From assembly GCA_003194425.1 (NCBI GenBank), contig PQXB01000001.1:700444-732443 (forward strand): a stretch of 32,000 nt of DNA, written 5' to 3'. The position numbers and the translations under genes were made by a program. The stretch is from Candidatus Methanophagaceae archaeon. GTDB lineage: Archaea; Halobacteriota; Syntropharchaeia; Alkanophagales; Methanospirareceae. Of this stretch, positions 1-9,490 are shown in pieces. The notes beneath the pieces were generated by a model. The model made no database searches and was not told where the DNA came from. It saw only the letters and a list, made by a program, of their open reading frames with translations. Every line of letters starts with the position of its first letter. Position 1 is the stretch's first letter.

Positions 1-965
1 GTCTTTTTATCTCAGCGTCTCTGACTGCCCTTTACTGGCTGTTTCGGGTTGTGCCAGTCGTAGCCACGGGCATCTTTGCAACGAGTTTCGCAGTCAACCT
101 CGGGCTGATGAAGAAGTTCAGCAGGCTGGTAGAACCGCTCTCCAGCAAAGCCAAAATCAGTGCAGTCTCGGCTCTCGCAGTCGTAACCTGCACTTTCAGC
201 ACCACCGCGGGTTACTCAATGCTCGTGGACGGGCTGAACAAAAAGGTCGTCTCGGAGCAGGAGGTCGTCGCAACCACGCTAATCTCCTCCTTTCCAAGCA
301 TCCTTTCTCACCTCTTCACATTTTTCATCCCCGTCATAATTCCGATTCTTGGGCTCACTACAGGAGCGATTTATGTCTGCCTCGTTGGGCTCGTGGCACT
401 CTTAAAGTCGTGCTTTGGCGTTTTCCTCGCGAGGCTGTGGCACTCTGCAAACCCCGAATCCAGCAAATCCAAACTCTCAAACCCCCAAACCCCAAAACCT
501 CTAACCTCAAACCTCAAGCAAGAGGCGTTAAACAAGAGTACCCGAAGCACCTACAAAATGCTCAAGCGGGTTGTGCCGACGATGTTCGTCACTCTTTTTC
601 TGGTCTCGGTGGCGGAGGAACTGGGGCTGTTCGAGTCGTTCTCTGCGGTTTTACAGCCGCTCACGAGCGTTCTGGGTTTGGAAAGCGAGGTCGTCCTAAT
701 CAGTGCAACCGATGTTGTGAACTCTTACTCTGGACTAATCCTCGCGGGCAGCCTTCTGGAAGGGGGGCGGGTAACGACGAGAGGGGTGCTGGTTGCGTTG
801 CTGCTTGGAAATGTGGTCTCGTTCTCTGCGAGGTTTGCGAAGCACTCGCTACCGCTCCACTTCTCGCTCTTTGGACCGAGGTTGGGGAGCAGGACGGTTG
901 CGGTAAACGCGGGGACGACGCTTGTTTTGGACGCGGTTTTTATTGTTGTGCTACTGATGATTTAG
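1..965 (+). CDS. Polytopic membrane protein, 5' end cut by window edge (nucleoside-recognition/Gate-domain-like, tentative)
   Basis: ORF 51..965 begins at GTG, but the same frame is open from nt 3 with no stop, so the gene probably starts upstream of the window. The translation is very hydrophobic with several TM-like segments split by a polar S/K/P-rich loop. The family assignment is a by-eye impression only. Confidence 0.4.
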   Translation, partial: LFISASLTALYWLFRVVPVVATGIFATSFAVNLGLMKKFSRLVEPLSSKAKISAVSALAVVTCTFSTTAGYSMLVDGLNKKVVSEQEVVATTLISSFPSILSHLFTFFIPVIIPILGLTTGAIYVCLVGLVALLKSCFGVFLARLWHSANPESSKSKLSNPQTPKPLTSNLKQEALNKSTRSTYKMLKRVVPTMFVTLFLVSVAEELGLFESFSAVLQPLTSVLGLESEVVLISATDVVNSYSGLILAGSLLEGGRVTTRGVLVALLLGNVVSFSARFAKHSLPLHFSLFGPRLGSRTVAVNAGTTLVLDAVFIVVLLMI

Positions 966-984
966 AAGTTTTAAGTATTGTTAT

Positions 985-1012
985 ATCGTTTTAAATAGTT
1001 ATAAATTTATAG
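985..1012 (+). promoter_or_regulatory. A/T-rich TATA-like box region upstream of the chelatase gene
   Basis: tttaaatagttataaatttata lies about 25-45 nt upstream of ATG 1037 in an otherwise GC-rich context. This fits an archaeal TATA box with a short or absent leader. Confidence 0.3.
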
Positions 1013-1036
1013 GGGTAAAATAAAAAAAGAAGGGAA

Positions 1037-3325
1037 ATGACACACCACATCAGAAGAGAAATATTACCGTTTACCGCGATTGTGGGGCAGGAGCGGATGA
1101 AGAAGGCGTTGGTTTTGAACGCGGTTAACCCGCGAATCGGCGGCGTGCTTATTCGGGGCGAGAAGGGGACGGCGAAGTCCACTGCCGTGCGGGCGCTTGC
1201 AGAACTGCTGCCTGAGATTGAGGTGGTAAAAGGCTGTAGGTTCAACTGCAACCCTCACGACGAGGCGGAGATGTGCGACCTCTGCTACGCCAAGAGGACG
1301 AACGAGAGAGCGAACAAGGACGGAGAAGAAGGAGAAGAAGGAGAAGAAGGAGAAGGAAGAGAAGAAGGCGAAGGAAGAGAAGAAGGCGAAGAAGAAGGCG
1401 AAGAAGGCGAAGAAGAAGGCGAAAGAGGAGAAGGACGGGAGGGGAAACAGGAGGTAGCGAGGCGGAGGATGTGGGTCGTCGACCTTCCGCTCGGTGCGAC
1501 CGAGGACAGGGTCGTGGGCTCAATAAATGTGGAGAAGGCGATAAAAGAGGGGATAAAAGCGTTAGAGCCGGGCATTCTGGCTGCTGCGAACCGAGGCATT
1601 CTTTACATCGACGAGGTGAATCTCTTGGACGACCACGTCGCGGATGTCATTCTCGATTCCGCGGCGATGTCAATAAATGTGGTCGAGCGCGAGGGCGTCT
1701 CGGTCTCGCACCCCGCTAAATTCATCCTCGTCGGTACGATGAACCCCGAAGAAGGCGAGCTCAGACCACAACTCCTCGACAGGTTCGGACTTCAAGCCAG
1801 CGTAGAAAGCATCGACGACGCGGAGAAGCGGGTGGAGATTGTGAAGCAGGTGGAGGGTTTTGAACGAGATCCGGCAGAGTTCAGGGAACGGTTCGAGGCG
1901 CGACAGAGAGCGTTGCGGGAGAAGATTGTGCAGGCGAAGCAAATTCTTAAGGCGGTGCAGATTAGCGACGATTTGCTGAAACTGACCGCGGAGACCTGCG
2001 TTAAACTCGGCGTCAGGACGCACCGAGCCGAGATTGTCATCAGCAGGACCGCGAGAACGGCCGCTGCACTCGACGGCAGGAAAGAGGTTACTCTTGAGGA
2101 CCTAAAAGAGGCGATGCAGTTGGCGCTGCCGCACAGAATGCGTAGGAAGCCGTTTGAACCGCCTACTTTGGAGACCGAACGGTTGGACGAGTTGCTGGAT
2201 GAGAAAAAAAAGCAGCCTGAAAAAGAGCCGCAGGAGAAGGAGCAAGAGCAAGAGCAAGAACACCAGCACCAACAAGAAAAAAAGGAGCGGGAAGAGGAGG
2301 GAGAGAAGAAAGGAGGGAGGGAGGAGAAAGGGGGGGAAAAAGAGAAAAAAAATGAGCAAAAACAAGAACCGCAAGAAACGCAAGAAACGCAAAAAGAGTC
2401 GGTTTTTGAGATCGGCGACCCGATTGACACACGAGCAGTAAGGCAGAGGCAGAGAGCGAGGAGGGACCGAAAATACCGCAGGAAAATTTCGGGAAGGCGA
2501 ATTCCTTCTCTCTCGCTTCGCAACAGCGGGAAGTACGTGCGACACGGTCTGCCGAGGGGGGAGCTAAAAGATGTTGCACTTGACGCTACGATTCGCACCG
2601 CCGCACCTTACCAAAAAGAGCGACGACTTGAGTCAGATTCGGGAGTGGCGGATTTGGCGGTCGTTGTAAAAACCGAGGACTTTCGTGAGAAGGTTCGTGT
2701 AGGCAAAATCTCGACCGCCACACTCTTCGTCGTGGACGCTTCGGGTTCAATGGGTGCGAACAGGAGAATGGAGAGTGCAAAGGGTGCCGTTCTCTCTCTA
2801 CTCTTGGACTCTTACCAACAGCGAGACAAAGTCGGACTGGTCGCGTTCAAAGGTAGCCAAGCGGACGTCCTGCTACCGCTCTGCTCAAGCACGGATTTAG
2901 CGGTCGAGCGGCTGAAGGAGCTCCCGACGGGTGGGAGAACGCCGCTCTCCGCTGGTCTTGAGAAGGGGCTGAACCTTCTGACCGTCGAGAGACTGAAGGA
3001 CGAAGAGACGATTCCAATCCTGCTCTTAATCTCGGACGGGCGGGCGAACGTCTCGTTGGGAGGGAAGAAATTGGGAGGGAAGAAAGAAAGAGAGATTAAA
3101 ACCGAGTTGCTCGCACTCGCGGAGCAGGCACGAGCAAACGGCGTTCACCTAATCGCGATCGACACCGAAGAAGTTAGCAAGTCGTTCGTCAGGATGCAAC
3201 TCGGCTACTGCAGGGAAATTGCGAGCCGCTCTGGCGGGCTGTACTACCCTCTCTCCGACCTCACGCCGCAGAAAATTCACGAGGTTGTTACTCAGGAGCA
3301 GGCGGTTTTGGAGACGAAGATGTAA
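1037..3325 (+). CDS. ChlI/BchI-ChlD/BchD-type AAA+ chelatase subunit fusion (AAA+ ATPase N-terminal half, VWA/MIDAS C-terminal domain)
   Basis: The N-terminus [38 protein letters not shown] is a ChlI-type Walker A region. [13 protein letters not shown] is the Walker B. An acidic/Q-rich linker follows. The C-terminus [11 protein letters not shown]...[10 protein letters not shown]...GGRTPL is a VWA MIDAS pattern. Confidence 0.85.
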   Translation: MTHHIRREILPFTAIVGQERMKKALVLNAVNPRIGGVLIRGEKGTAKSTAVRALAELLPEIEVVKGCRFNCNPHDEAEMCDLCYAKRTNERANKDGEEGEEGEEGEGREEGEGREEGEEEGEEGEEEGERGEGREGKQEVARRRMWVVDLPLGATEDRVVGSINVEKAIKEGIKALEPGILAAANRGILYIDEVNLLDDHVADVILDSAAMSINVVEREGVSVSHPAKFILVGTMNPEEGELRPQLLDRFGLQASVESIDDAEKRVEIVKQVEGFERDPAEFRERFEARQRALREKIVQAKQILKAVQISDDLLKLTAETCVKLGVRTHRAEIVISRTARTAAALDGRKEVTLEDLKEAMQLALPHRMRRKPFEPPTLETERLDELLDEKKKQPEKEPQEKEQEQEQEHQHQQEKKEREEEGEKKGGREEKGGEKEKKNEQKQEPQETQETQKESVFEIGDPIDTRAVRQRQRARRDRKYRRKISGRRIPSLSLRNSGKYVRHGLPRGELKDVALDATIRTAAPYQKERRLESDSGVADLAVVVKTEDFREKVRVGKISTATLFVVDASGSMGANRRMESAKGAVLSLLLDSYQQRDKVGLVAFKGSQADVLLPLCSSTDLAVERLKELPTGGRTPLSAGLEKGLNLLTVERLKDEETIPILLLISDGRANVSLGGKKLGGKKEREIKTELLALAEQARANGVHLIAIDTEEVSKSFVRMQLGYCREIASRSGGLYYPLSDLTPQKIHEVVTQEQAVLETKM
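1321..1445 (+). repeat. In-frame purine-rich (GAA/GGA/GGC) micro/minisatellite encoding an (E/G/R) tract inside the ChlI-like domain
   Basis: ggagaagaaggagaagaaggagaagaaggagaaggaagagaagaaggcgaaggaagagaagaaggcgaagaagaaggcgaa... translates to [41 protein letters not shown]. It lies just after the Cys-rich [17 protein letters not shown] segment. Confidence 0.85.
2201..2397 (+). repeat. Low-complexity E/K/Q-rich linker coding region (imperfect short repeats)
   Basis: gagcaagagcaagagcaagaac and caagaaacgcaagaaacgcaa repeats encode [38 protein letters not shown]...QETQETQKE. ChlD proteins normally carry an acidic linker at this position, so this tract is partly expected. Confidence 0.6.
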
Positions 3326-3331
3326 AGTAAA

Positions 3332-4411
3332 ATGGTTGGAAGAAGAGGAAAAGAGGAGAAAACAGCAGGAATAAAAGAGCAGTACAAAAAATTCATCTGC
3401 AGGAAAATCCTGTTTATCTTTTTCTTGCTCCTCCTAATCCTTGCCATCGCGGGCGTCGCCGCAACTCTCGGCTCCTACCCAATCTCGGTCCCAGAGGTCT
3501 ACTCAATAATTTGGAACGGGCTGTTTCAAAATCCCGCAACCACGAAAGAGATTGTGGTCTGGAAGTTGCGGTTACCCGTAATTTTAATGGGCGTCCTCGC
3601 AGGTACAGGGCTCGCAATCGCAGGCACGATGATGCAGGGAATCGTCCGGAACCCGCTCGCAAGCCCTTACACTTTGGGAATTTCGTCGGGTGCGGGATTC
3701 GGCGCGGTCATCGCGATTATTTACGGCACTGGCGTAGTCTCTGGGGTAAGCCTAAAATATCTCGTCGTTGCAAACGCCTTCGTCTTCTCGCTCATCCCTG
3801 TGCTCGTGATTATGGGCTTGGCACGGTTCAAAAGAGCCACGCCTGAAACGATGATTCTTGCAGGCGTCGCGATGATGTACATTTTCTCCGGCTACACGCA
3901 CTTAATTTTTTATTTTGCTGACCCCGAGGCGATGAAAGAGGCTTACTTCTGGACTGTCGGCGGTCTTGGTAGAGCCTCGTGGCCGAACCTTACGCCGATG
4001 GCATTTATGCTCGCGTTGTGCGTGCCTGTGCTGATGTGGAAGTCGTGGGACTTGAATGTGATGGGTGCAGGGGACGAGACTGCGAAGAGTCTGGGCGTTA
4101 ATGCCGAGCGCGCCCGACTCTTTATTATGGTCGTCTCAAGCCTCCTTACAGCAAGCATAATCAGTTTTACAGGCTGCATCGGGTTCGTGGGTCTCGTCGC
4201 CCCGCATGTCTGCCGCATTATTATCGGCGGCGACAACAGGTTTCTAATCCCAGCCTCCGGTCTCTTCGGCGCTGCTTTCCTGCTCGGAATGAGCACGCTT
4301 GGAAGGACGATTATCGCACCTGTAATTATTCCTGCAGGCGTGATGATGGCTTGCATCGGCGGTCCGTTCTTCTTTTTCATCCTGCTGACAAGAAAGAGGG
4401 AATATTGGTGA
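3332..4411 (+). CDS. FecCD/BtuC-family ABC transporter permease (iron-chelate/cobalamin-type importer)
   Basis: 359 aa with about 9-10 hydrophobic segments. The family-typical regions LRLPVILMGVLAGTGLAIAGTMMQGIVRNPLASPYTLGISSGAG and FVGLVAPHVCRIIIGGDNRFLIP are present. The ATG lies 7 nt after the chelatase stop. Confidence 0.85.
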   Translation: MVGRRGKEEKTAGIKEQYKKFICRKILFIFFLLLLILAIAGVAATLGSYPISVPEVYSIIWNGLFQNPATTKEIVVWKLRLPVILMGVLAGTGLAIAGTMMQGIVRNPLASPYTLGISSGAGFGAVIAIIYGTGVVSGVSLKYLVVANAFVFSLIPVLVIMGLARFKRATPETMILAGVAMMYIFSGYTHLIFYFADPEAMKEAYFWTVGGLGRASWPNLTPMAFMLALCVPVLMWKSWDLNVMGAGDETAKSLGVNAERARLFIMVVSSLLTASIISFTGCIGFVGLVAPHVCRIIIGGDNRFLIPASGLFGAAFLLGMSTLGRTIIAPVIIPAGVMMACIGGPFFFFILLTRKREYW

Positions 4412-4412
4412 A

Positions 4413-4562
4413 AGAGGGGTTTGGAGGTTTGGAGGAGTGGAAGAGGGGTAGAGGAGTGGAAGAGGGGTAGAGGAGTGGAAGAGGGGTAGAGGAGTGGAAG
4501 AGGGGTAGAGGAGTGGAAGAGGAGTGGAAGAGGGGAAGAGGAGTAGAAGAGAGGAGGGAGAG
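4413..4562 (+). repeat. Intercistronic purine-rich tandem repeat (19-bp unit gaggagtggaagaggggta, 4 full copies plus degenerate copies; also ggtttggag x2)
   Basis: Perfect 19-bp units at 4432-4450, 4451-4469, 4470-4488 and 4489-4507, followed by decayed copies up to the ATPase start. The period is not a multiple of 3, so the tract is non-coding. Confidence 0.85.
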
Positions 4563-5333
4563 ATGAAACTGAAAGTAGAAGGGGTGGAGTTCAGCTACGC
4601 GAGCGTGGAGGTGCTAAAGGGAATTTGTGTAGAGCTTGGCGAGTCGGAAATGCTCGGGGTTGTGGGTCCGAACGGTGCCGGGAAATCTACGCTGATCAGG
4701 TGCATTGACAGGATTCTGACGCCGCAGAGGGGTTGTGTAACGCTAAACGGGCAGGACATAAAAAAGATGCAACAAATGGAACTTGCGAGAAGAATCGGCT
4801 ACATCCCGCAGAACTCTTCACAGGTCTTTCCTGCCACGGTCTTCGACACTGTTCTGATGGGCAGGCGACCGCACCTCGGCTGGCGGAGCAGCGAAAAGGA
4901 CACCGAGAAGGTTTTAGAGGTGCTGGAGTTGATGAAGATTGAGGAGTTCGCGATGCGGGACATTCACGAGCTCAGCGGCGGTCAGCAGCAGAAAGTCTTC
5001 ATCGCACGCGCACTCACGCAAGAGCCTGACATTCTCCTGCTCGACGAGCCGACCTCTAACCTCGACATTCGACACCAGCTTGAAGTGCTGGATGTGATAA
5101 AAGAGGTCGTGCGGCGGAGGGGAATCTCGGCGGTGATGGCAATTCACGACTTGAACCTTGCGTCGAGGTACGCGGACCGGATTGTAATGCTGAACGGTGG
5201 CAGGGTTTTTGCGGCGGGCGAGCCTTCTGCAGTGCTTACGCAGGAGAACATAAAACAGGCTTACGGCGTGGTGGCAGAGGTGAAGAGAGAGAAAGGGCGA
5301 CCTTACATTGTGCCGCTAAGACCGGTGAGTTGA
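4563..5333 (+). CDS. ABC transporter ATP-binding protein (FepC/BtuD-type)
   Basis: Walker A GPNGAGKST, signature LSGGQQQKV and Walker B ILLLDEPTSNLD are present. I place the start at ATG 4563 (MKLKVEGVEFSY) preceded by ggagggag. The track start at 4524 lies inside the tandem repeat. Confidence 0.85.
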   Translation: MKLKVEGVEFSYASVEVLKGICVELGESEMLGVVGPNGAGKSTLIRCIDRILTPQRGCVTLNGQDIKKMQQMELARRIGYIPQNSSQVFPATVFDTVLMGRRPHLGWRSSEKDTEKVLEVLELMKIEEFAMRDIHELSGGQQQKVFIARALTQEPDILLLDEPTSNLDIRHQLEVLDVIKEVVRRRGISAVMAIHDLNLASRYADRIVMLNGGRVFAAGEPSAVLTQENIKQAYGVVAEVKREKGRPYIVPLRPVS

Positions 5334-5386
5334 AGAGTTATGCAAGCGAGTACTGCAACACAGACTAACACAGACTGCAACCGGGC

Positions 5387-8300
5387 TTACAGTCTTGGCA
5401 GGCTCGGTCTTGGCAGGCTCGGTCTTGGCAGGCTCGCATTCTCGTCCAACCTAAAAGTTCGCCGCATTGAAAATTCAGCCTGTTTCCCCTTGTTCCACTG
5501 TTTCACGGGTCGCAGGTAGCCAACCACCCTTGAGTAGACCTCAGTCTCGGCACCGCATTTTGGGCAGGTGAAATGCTCGCCCGCGATGTAAGCGTGAGTG
5601 GGGCAGACGCTGAAGGAGGGGGTAAAAGAGAAGTAAGGCAGGCGGTAGAGCTCGCAAATCCTTCGCACCAAGACCTTAACAGCAGTAGGATCTTTTACAC
5701 GCTCGCCTGCGAAGATGTGGAATACTGTGCCACCGGTATATTTTGACTGAAATTCGTCCTGCAGGTCTAACGCCTCGAAGAGGTCGTCGGTGAAATTCAC
5801 GGGGAGTTGCGTGGAATTGGTGTAGAACGGTTCTGCTCGCACCGCTCCTGGTCTCCTAAAGCTACCACGCCACTCTGCCTCGTTGGCACAAATTATTCCT
5901 GGTTTCCTAAATCTGAATTTCTTCTTGTCCTTTCTGGCGAGGCGGTAAGAAGTGTTGTGCAAACAGACCAAACCCTCTCCGCCTAAGAAGTTTTGCACGC
6001 TCTCATTCTTCGCATCAACTTCAAAGTCGTAGACAAATTTAGGAGCAGTCAATTTTTTTACGCTCTTTACCGCGTCCCAATAAATGTCTGAATTCAGTAG
6101 ATTCTGAAGTTTTTCCGTCTCTTCGCTCTTCCCTAGGTCAGACAACTTCTGAAGAATTTTTCTGAAATATTGAGCACTTATTCTGTTATTTCTCAGATTT
6201 CTGTTAAAACTGTCTTTGTCAATTTCAATCTGCGAAGGGTTTAGCGAATTTTTTTCCAGTACCGCTTTTATCAATCTCGGGACCTCTGGGAGGTCTTCTC
6301 TACCCTTTGTTATTTCTAATTTCTCTTTAAGAACTTCCCAGAAGAATTGCTTTAGGTTGTCTGCCCCTGTGATTGAGATTACGAAGTTGTCGTTCCAGTT
6401 GGGGTTGCGTTCCGACTTTTTGTCCTTGCTCAGCCGTGCCAAAATGCCAAGTTTTAGGAGGCAGAGGTTTAGCCCGCCCGCCAACTTCTTCGAGTTTGTG
6501 TAAAGTCTTACAGAAAAATCACGGTAAACGCTCCCGCCGCCCAAGAAAAACCCTCTCAAGAGCCCGGAAACGCATTCTTTTGAAGAGGCGAAGACGAAAT
6601 TCGGGATTAATTTTTTGTTACTCCCTCCTTCCAAGCCCACCTCTTTGAAGAACAAAGAGAGCGACTTGCTTAAGGAGACTTCGTAGATTCTCTTTCGGTC
6701 TCGATTTTTAATCTGAACATTCGCAAGACCTGGTCCGAAAACTCTTTCGAGAGACTCGGTAAATTCGTGAGTAAATTCCTTGTCGGTGTTACAGAAGCTG
6801 CTTTGCCCTTCAGACGAGAGGCAAGAGAGAAGAGCGCCAACTACAAACCCCAAATCCCTGTTAGCCGGGATTAAAGCGTTAATCGGGCTTGTATTTTTAC
6901 TGGTTCTGTAAAATATTCTTGACTGTTTTAGGACTTCTCTGCTTACCGCTTCAAAAATTTCCAAGTCGTAGATTAGTTTTAGAGGGATTTTCCTGCTCTT
7001 TCGCCACAGGTATTTTACATTTTTCCAAGCGAGTCTGTAATTCTTCTCGCACCATTCTTTGACCCTTGACCCCTTCCTCTGATTTGAGATTAAATCCTCT
7101 ACGAAGTCAGCGGGGAAGAGAGCGTAAAATTTACCCTTCTTCCGAGACTCCGAGTTCTTGAAAGTTTCAATCAAATTGAACTCTCTACAACACTCCTCCA
7201 ACTCAACCCGCTTCGGGACGGCAACGACCTCGCCTTCTCTCAAGTTCCTAACAAGAATGCTTTCAGGCGCGCCTTCGGGGCTCAAAGTAAAGAGGCTGTG
7301 CTCTCCTGTGACCCTGACTTTTCTTCCAGATTCGGTGGTCACCTCAAACATTGATTTTCCGGGATGCCTGACCAATGCGGTGACCGGATATTTTTTTATT
7401 TTTAGTCTTCTCCTGCTGAAGCCGTAGGAGAATAATTCGCCTTCGGGCAGTTTCAAAACCTCGCTGCACCCACACTGTTGAATCTCTCCTTTCTTGTCTT
7501 CTAATTCAAAATAACCGTCTACCAAAGGTCCGATTGCTGAAAATCTTGGCGCACCCTGAGAGATTAAGACCTCTTCTTCCGGTGCTAAACTGCCTTCGGC
7601 CGGCGTCGCTTCGAGGTTGAAATTGTTACCGGTCTCTTCTTGAAACTCGACCAACCGCTCACGCATAAAATCAAGAACCCGCAGCGTGAACCTCCGCCCG
7701 CTCTCGCTCGCAATTCCCTCGCTCCAGCTCCCCTTCCCCACACTCGAGCCGAACAAGTTCAAGCACGCCTCGTTCATTCCGAGCAGCCCGATTGTGGAGA
7801 AGTGGTTCTTCCAGTACTCGCCGAACCGCTCCTTAACGCCCCGCAGGTAAAACCTTGTGTAAGGGTAGAGTTTCTCGTCGGTGAACTTCTCCAAGACCTT
7901 CCGCTTTATCTCCAAACTCTCCTTCGCCAACTCCATCTGCCTGCCGAGCGACTCCAAGAACGCGTCCTCGCCGCGGTGGCGGGCAAGGTAGCCCAGCCGC
8001 GGCATATTTATTGTTACTACCCCCACACTTCCTGTTAACGGGTTCGACGCAAAGAGTCCACCGCCTCGCTTTCTTAGCTCTCTGTTGTCGATCCTGAGTC
8101 GGCAACACATACTTCGGGCGTCCTCGGGGTTCATATCAGAGTTCACATAATTGCTGAAGTAGGGGACGCCGAACTTGGCGGTGACTTCCCACAAAAGCTC
8201 CAAATTACCGTTCTCCCAGTCGAAGTCTTTGGTGATGCTGTAGGTTGGGATTGGGAAGGAGAAGACGCGGGACTTTGCGTCGCCCTCTGCCATCACTTCC

Positions 8301-9274
8301 AAGAACGCTCTGTTGAATAAATCCATCTCGTCTTGGAAGTCGCTGTAGGTCTCGCTTTGGCTCTGGCTTTGAGCCGTGCCGCCGCCGACGACGACTGCAC
8401 GGTCGGCGAAGTATTTGGGAACTGTCAAATCGTGCGTTACATTTGTGAAGGGGGTCTGAAACCCGACCCTCGTGGGAACGTTCATATTAAAGACGAACTC
8501 CTGCAACGCCTGCTTCACCTCCTCGTAGTTGAGGTGGTCGTATCTGATGAAAGGAGACAGGAGCGTGTCGAAATTTGAGAACGCCATCGCGCCCGCGGCT
8601 TCGCCCTGCAGTGTGTAGAAGAAATTGACGATCTGACCGAGAGCGGTGCGGAAATGTCTTGGCGGCTTGCTCTCGGTCTTCCCCGGCGCTCCCCTGAAAC
8701 CCTGCACGAGCAGGTCAAAGAGGTCCCACCCGATGCAGTAGGCTGCAATTAGATTGAGGTCGTGAATGTGAAAATCGCCGTTCGTGTGTGCCTCTCGGAT
8801 TTCGGGCGGGTAGATTTTACGCAGCCAGTAAATCTTGCTGATTTCCGAAGAGACGTAGTTGTTCAAGCCCTGCAGCGAGAAGGTCATATTGCTGTTCTCG
8901 TTGACCTGCCAGTCGAGGTTCTTGAGGTACTGGTCGACGAGGTTTGTGTTAGCTTTGGCGGTGAGTTCGCGGATTCCCGCGTGCTGCTCGCGGTAAATTA
9001 TGTACGCCTTCGCGGTCTTGCGGTACGGCGAGGAGAGCAAGACCTGCTCGACCAAATCCTGAACCTTCTCAACGCTCGGGGTCTTGTTTTGCGTCTTCTT
9101 TTTACGCTGGCCTGCCTGTTCTTGAGCCAGCTGAAAGACCTTGCGTGTCAGGACTTGAGCGGTCTCGAAATCAAATTCGCGGGTTGCTGCACCTGCTTTT
9201 GCGAGTGCTTTTGTAATCTTTTCAGGCTCGAATTTTACGATTCTGCCGTCCCTTTTTTTTATTTTTTTGAACAC
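5387..9274 (-). CDS. nrdD: Anaerobic (class III) ribonucleoside-triphosphate reductase NrdD, interrupted by one intein
   Basis: N-terminal ATP-cone IKKRDGRIVKFEPEKI. Active-site region CCRLRIDNRELRKRGGGLFASNPLTGSVGVVTINMPR. C-terminal Zn ribbon CPTHAYIAGEHFTCPKCG. Glycyl-radical motif SRVVGYLRPV. GTG start. 1295 aa, of which 546 are intein. Confidence 0.9.
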   Translation of the reverse strand: MFKKIKKRDGRIVKFEPEKITKALAKAGAATREFDFETAQVLTRKVFQLAQEQAGQRKKKTQNKTPSVEKVQDLVEQVLLSSPYRKTAKAYIIYREQHAGIRELTAKANTNLVDQYLKNLDWQVNENSNMTFSLQGLNNYVSSEISKIYWLRKIYPPEIREAHTNGDFHIHDLNLIAAYCIGWDLFDLLVQGFRGAPGKTESKPPRHFRTALGQIVNFFYTLQGEAAGAMAFSNFDTLLSPFIRYDHLNYEEVKQALQEFVFNMNVPTRVGFQTPFTNVTHDLTVPKYFADRAVVVGGGTAQSQSQSETYSDFQDEMDLFNRAFLEVMAEGDAKSRVFSFPIPTYSITKDFDWENGNLELLWEVTAKFGVPYFSNYVNSDMNPEDARSMCCRLRIDNRELRKRGGGLFASNPLTGSVGVVTINMPRLGYLARHRGEDAFLESLGRQMELAKESLEIKRKVLEKFTDEKLYPYTRFYLRGVKERFGEYWKNHFSTIGLLGMNEACLNLFGSSVGKGSWSEGIASESGRRFTLRVLDFMRERLVEFQEETGNNFNLEATPAEGSLAPEEEVLISQGAPRFSAIGPLVDGYFELEDKKGEIQQCGCSEVLKLPEGELFSYGFSRRRLKIKKYPVTALVRHPGKSMFEVTTESGRKVRVTGEHSLFTLSPEGAPESILVRNLREGEVVAVPKRVELEECCREFNLIETFKNSESRKKGKFYALFPADFVEDLISNQRKGSRVKEWCEKNYRLAWKNVKYLWRKSRKIPLKLIYDLEIFEAVSREVLKQSRIFYRTSKNTSPINALIPANRDLGFVVGALLSCLSSEGQSSFCNTDKEFTHEFTESLERVFGPGLANVQIKNRDRKRIYEVSLSKSLSLFFKEVGLEGGSNKKLIPNFVFASSKECVSGLLRGFFLGGGSVYRDFSVRLYTNSKKLAGGLNLCLLKLGILARLSKDKKSERNPNWNDNFVISITGADNLKQFFWEVLKEKLEITKGREDLPEVPRLIKAVLEKNSLNPSQIEIDKDSFNRNLRNNRISAQYFRKILQKLSDLGKSEETEKLQNLLNSDIYWDAVKSVKKLTAPKFVYDFEVDAKNESVQNFLGGEGLVCLHNTSYRLARKDKKKFRFRKPGIICANEAEWRGSFRRPGAVRAEPFYTNSTQLPVNFTDDLFEALDLQDEFQSKYTGGTVFHIFAGERVKDPTAVKVLVRRICELYRLPYFSFTPSFSVCPTHAYIAGEHFTCPKCGAETEVYSRVVGYLRPVKQWNKGKQAEFSMRRTFRLDENASLPRPSLPRPSLPRL
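5394..5438 (-). repeat. 15-bp tandem repeat x3 forming the NrdD C-terminal tail (SLPRP)n
   Basis: tcttggcaggctcgg is repeated three times on the + strand. It encodes ...SLPRPSLPRPSLPRL after the conserved end of NrdD. Confidence 0.8.
5954..7591 (-). mobile_element. Intein (546 aa) with LAGLIDADG homing-endonuclease domain inside nrdD
   Basis: Extein junctions are NLEATPAEG | SLAPEEEVLI... and ...GEGLVCLHN | TSYRLARKD. Block A is Ser1-Leu, block B is VTGEHSLF, and the end is HN followed by Thr+1. Two LAGLIDADG-like motifs are present (LGFVVGALLSCLSSEG and VSGLLRGFFLGGGSV). The DNA is visibly more A/T-rich than the flanking extein. Confidence 0.8.
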
Positions 9275-9298
9275 GATATTTCTCTCTCTTCTGCTTAT
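9251..9298 (-). repeat. Copy 1 of duplicated nrdD 5' end/leader segment
   Basis: tttttttgaacacgatatttctctctcttctgctta spans the GTG start and leader of nrdD. It recurs with a few mismatches at 9491-9541. Confidence 0.7.
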
Positions 9299-9332
9299 TT
9301 AAGGGACTGACCTAATCTTAAAAAAAATAAAA

Positions 9333-9455
9333 ATGTCTGAAGTAATCCTGAGCGACCCAAAGACGATGGAAGCACTCCGCAAAAGCGACCAAGACATTAA
9401 AGCAGGCAGGGTTAAAGCAGTCAGTTCTGTCAAAGAGTTGCTTGCTGAGCTGTGA
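9333..9455 (+). pseudogene. 40-aa ORF resembling the C-terminal tail of a Phd/YefM-type antitoxin (probable relic)
   Basis: ATG 9333 to TGA 9455 gives MSEVILSDPKTMEALRKSDQDIKAGRVKAVSSVKELLAEL. The ILSDP..MEAL...DIKAGRV pattern is typical of the C-terminal part of YefM-like antitoxins. The N-terminal DNA-binding part is absent because of in-frame stops upstream. The ORF is below the track length cutoff. Confidence 0.3.
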
Positions 9456-9490
9456 ACGTTTGATTTTCTTGCCAAGTCCCTCGAGGGCTT

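Noticed and set aside
1242-2598. ORFs encoding poly-R/poly-L/poly-S tracts across the chelatase repeats (for example 1273..1719 and 1792..2598)
   Set aside because: They are alternative frames or strands of the purine-rich repeats inside a well-supported chelatase CDS.
4430-4560. G-quadruplex potential of the regularly spaced GGGG runs in the 19-bp repeat
   Set aside because: The G-runs are separated by about 15-nt loops, longer than favoured for stable intramolecular G4. There is no independent support.
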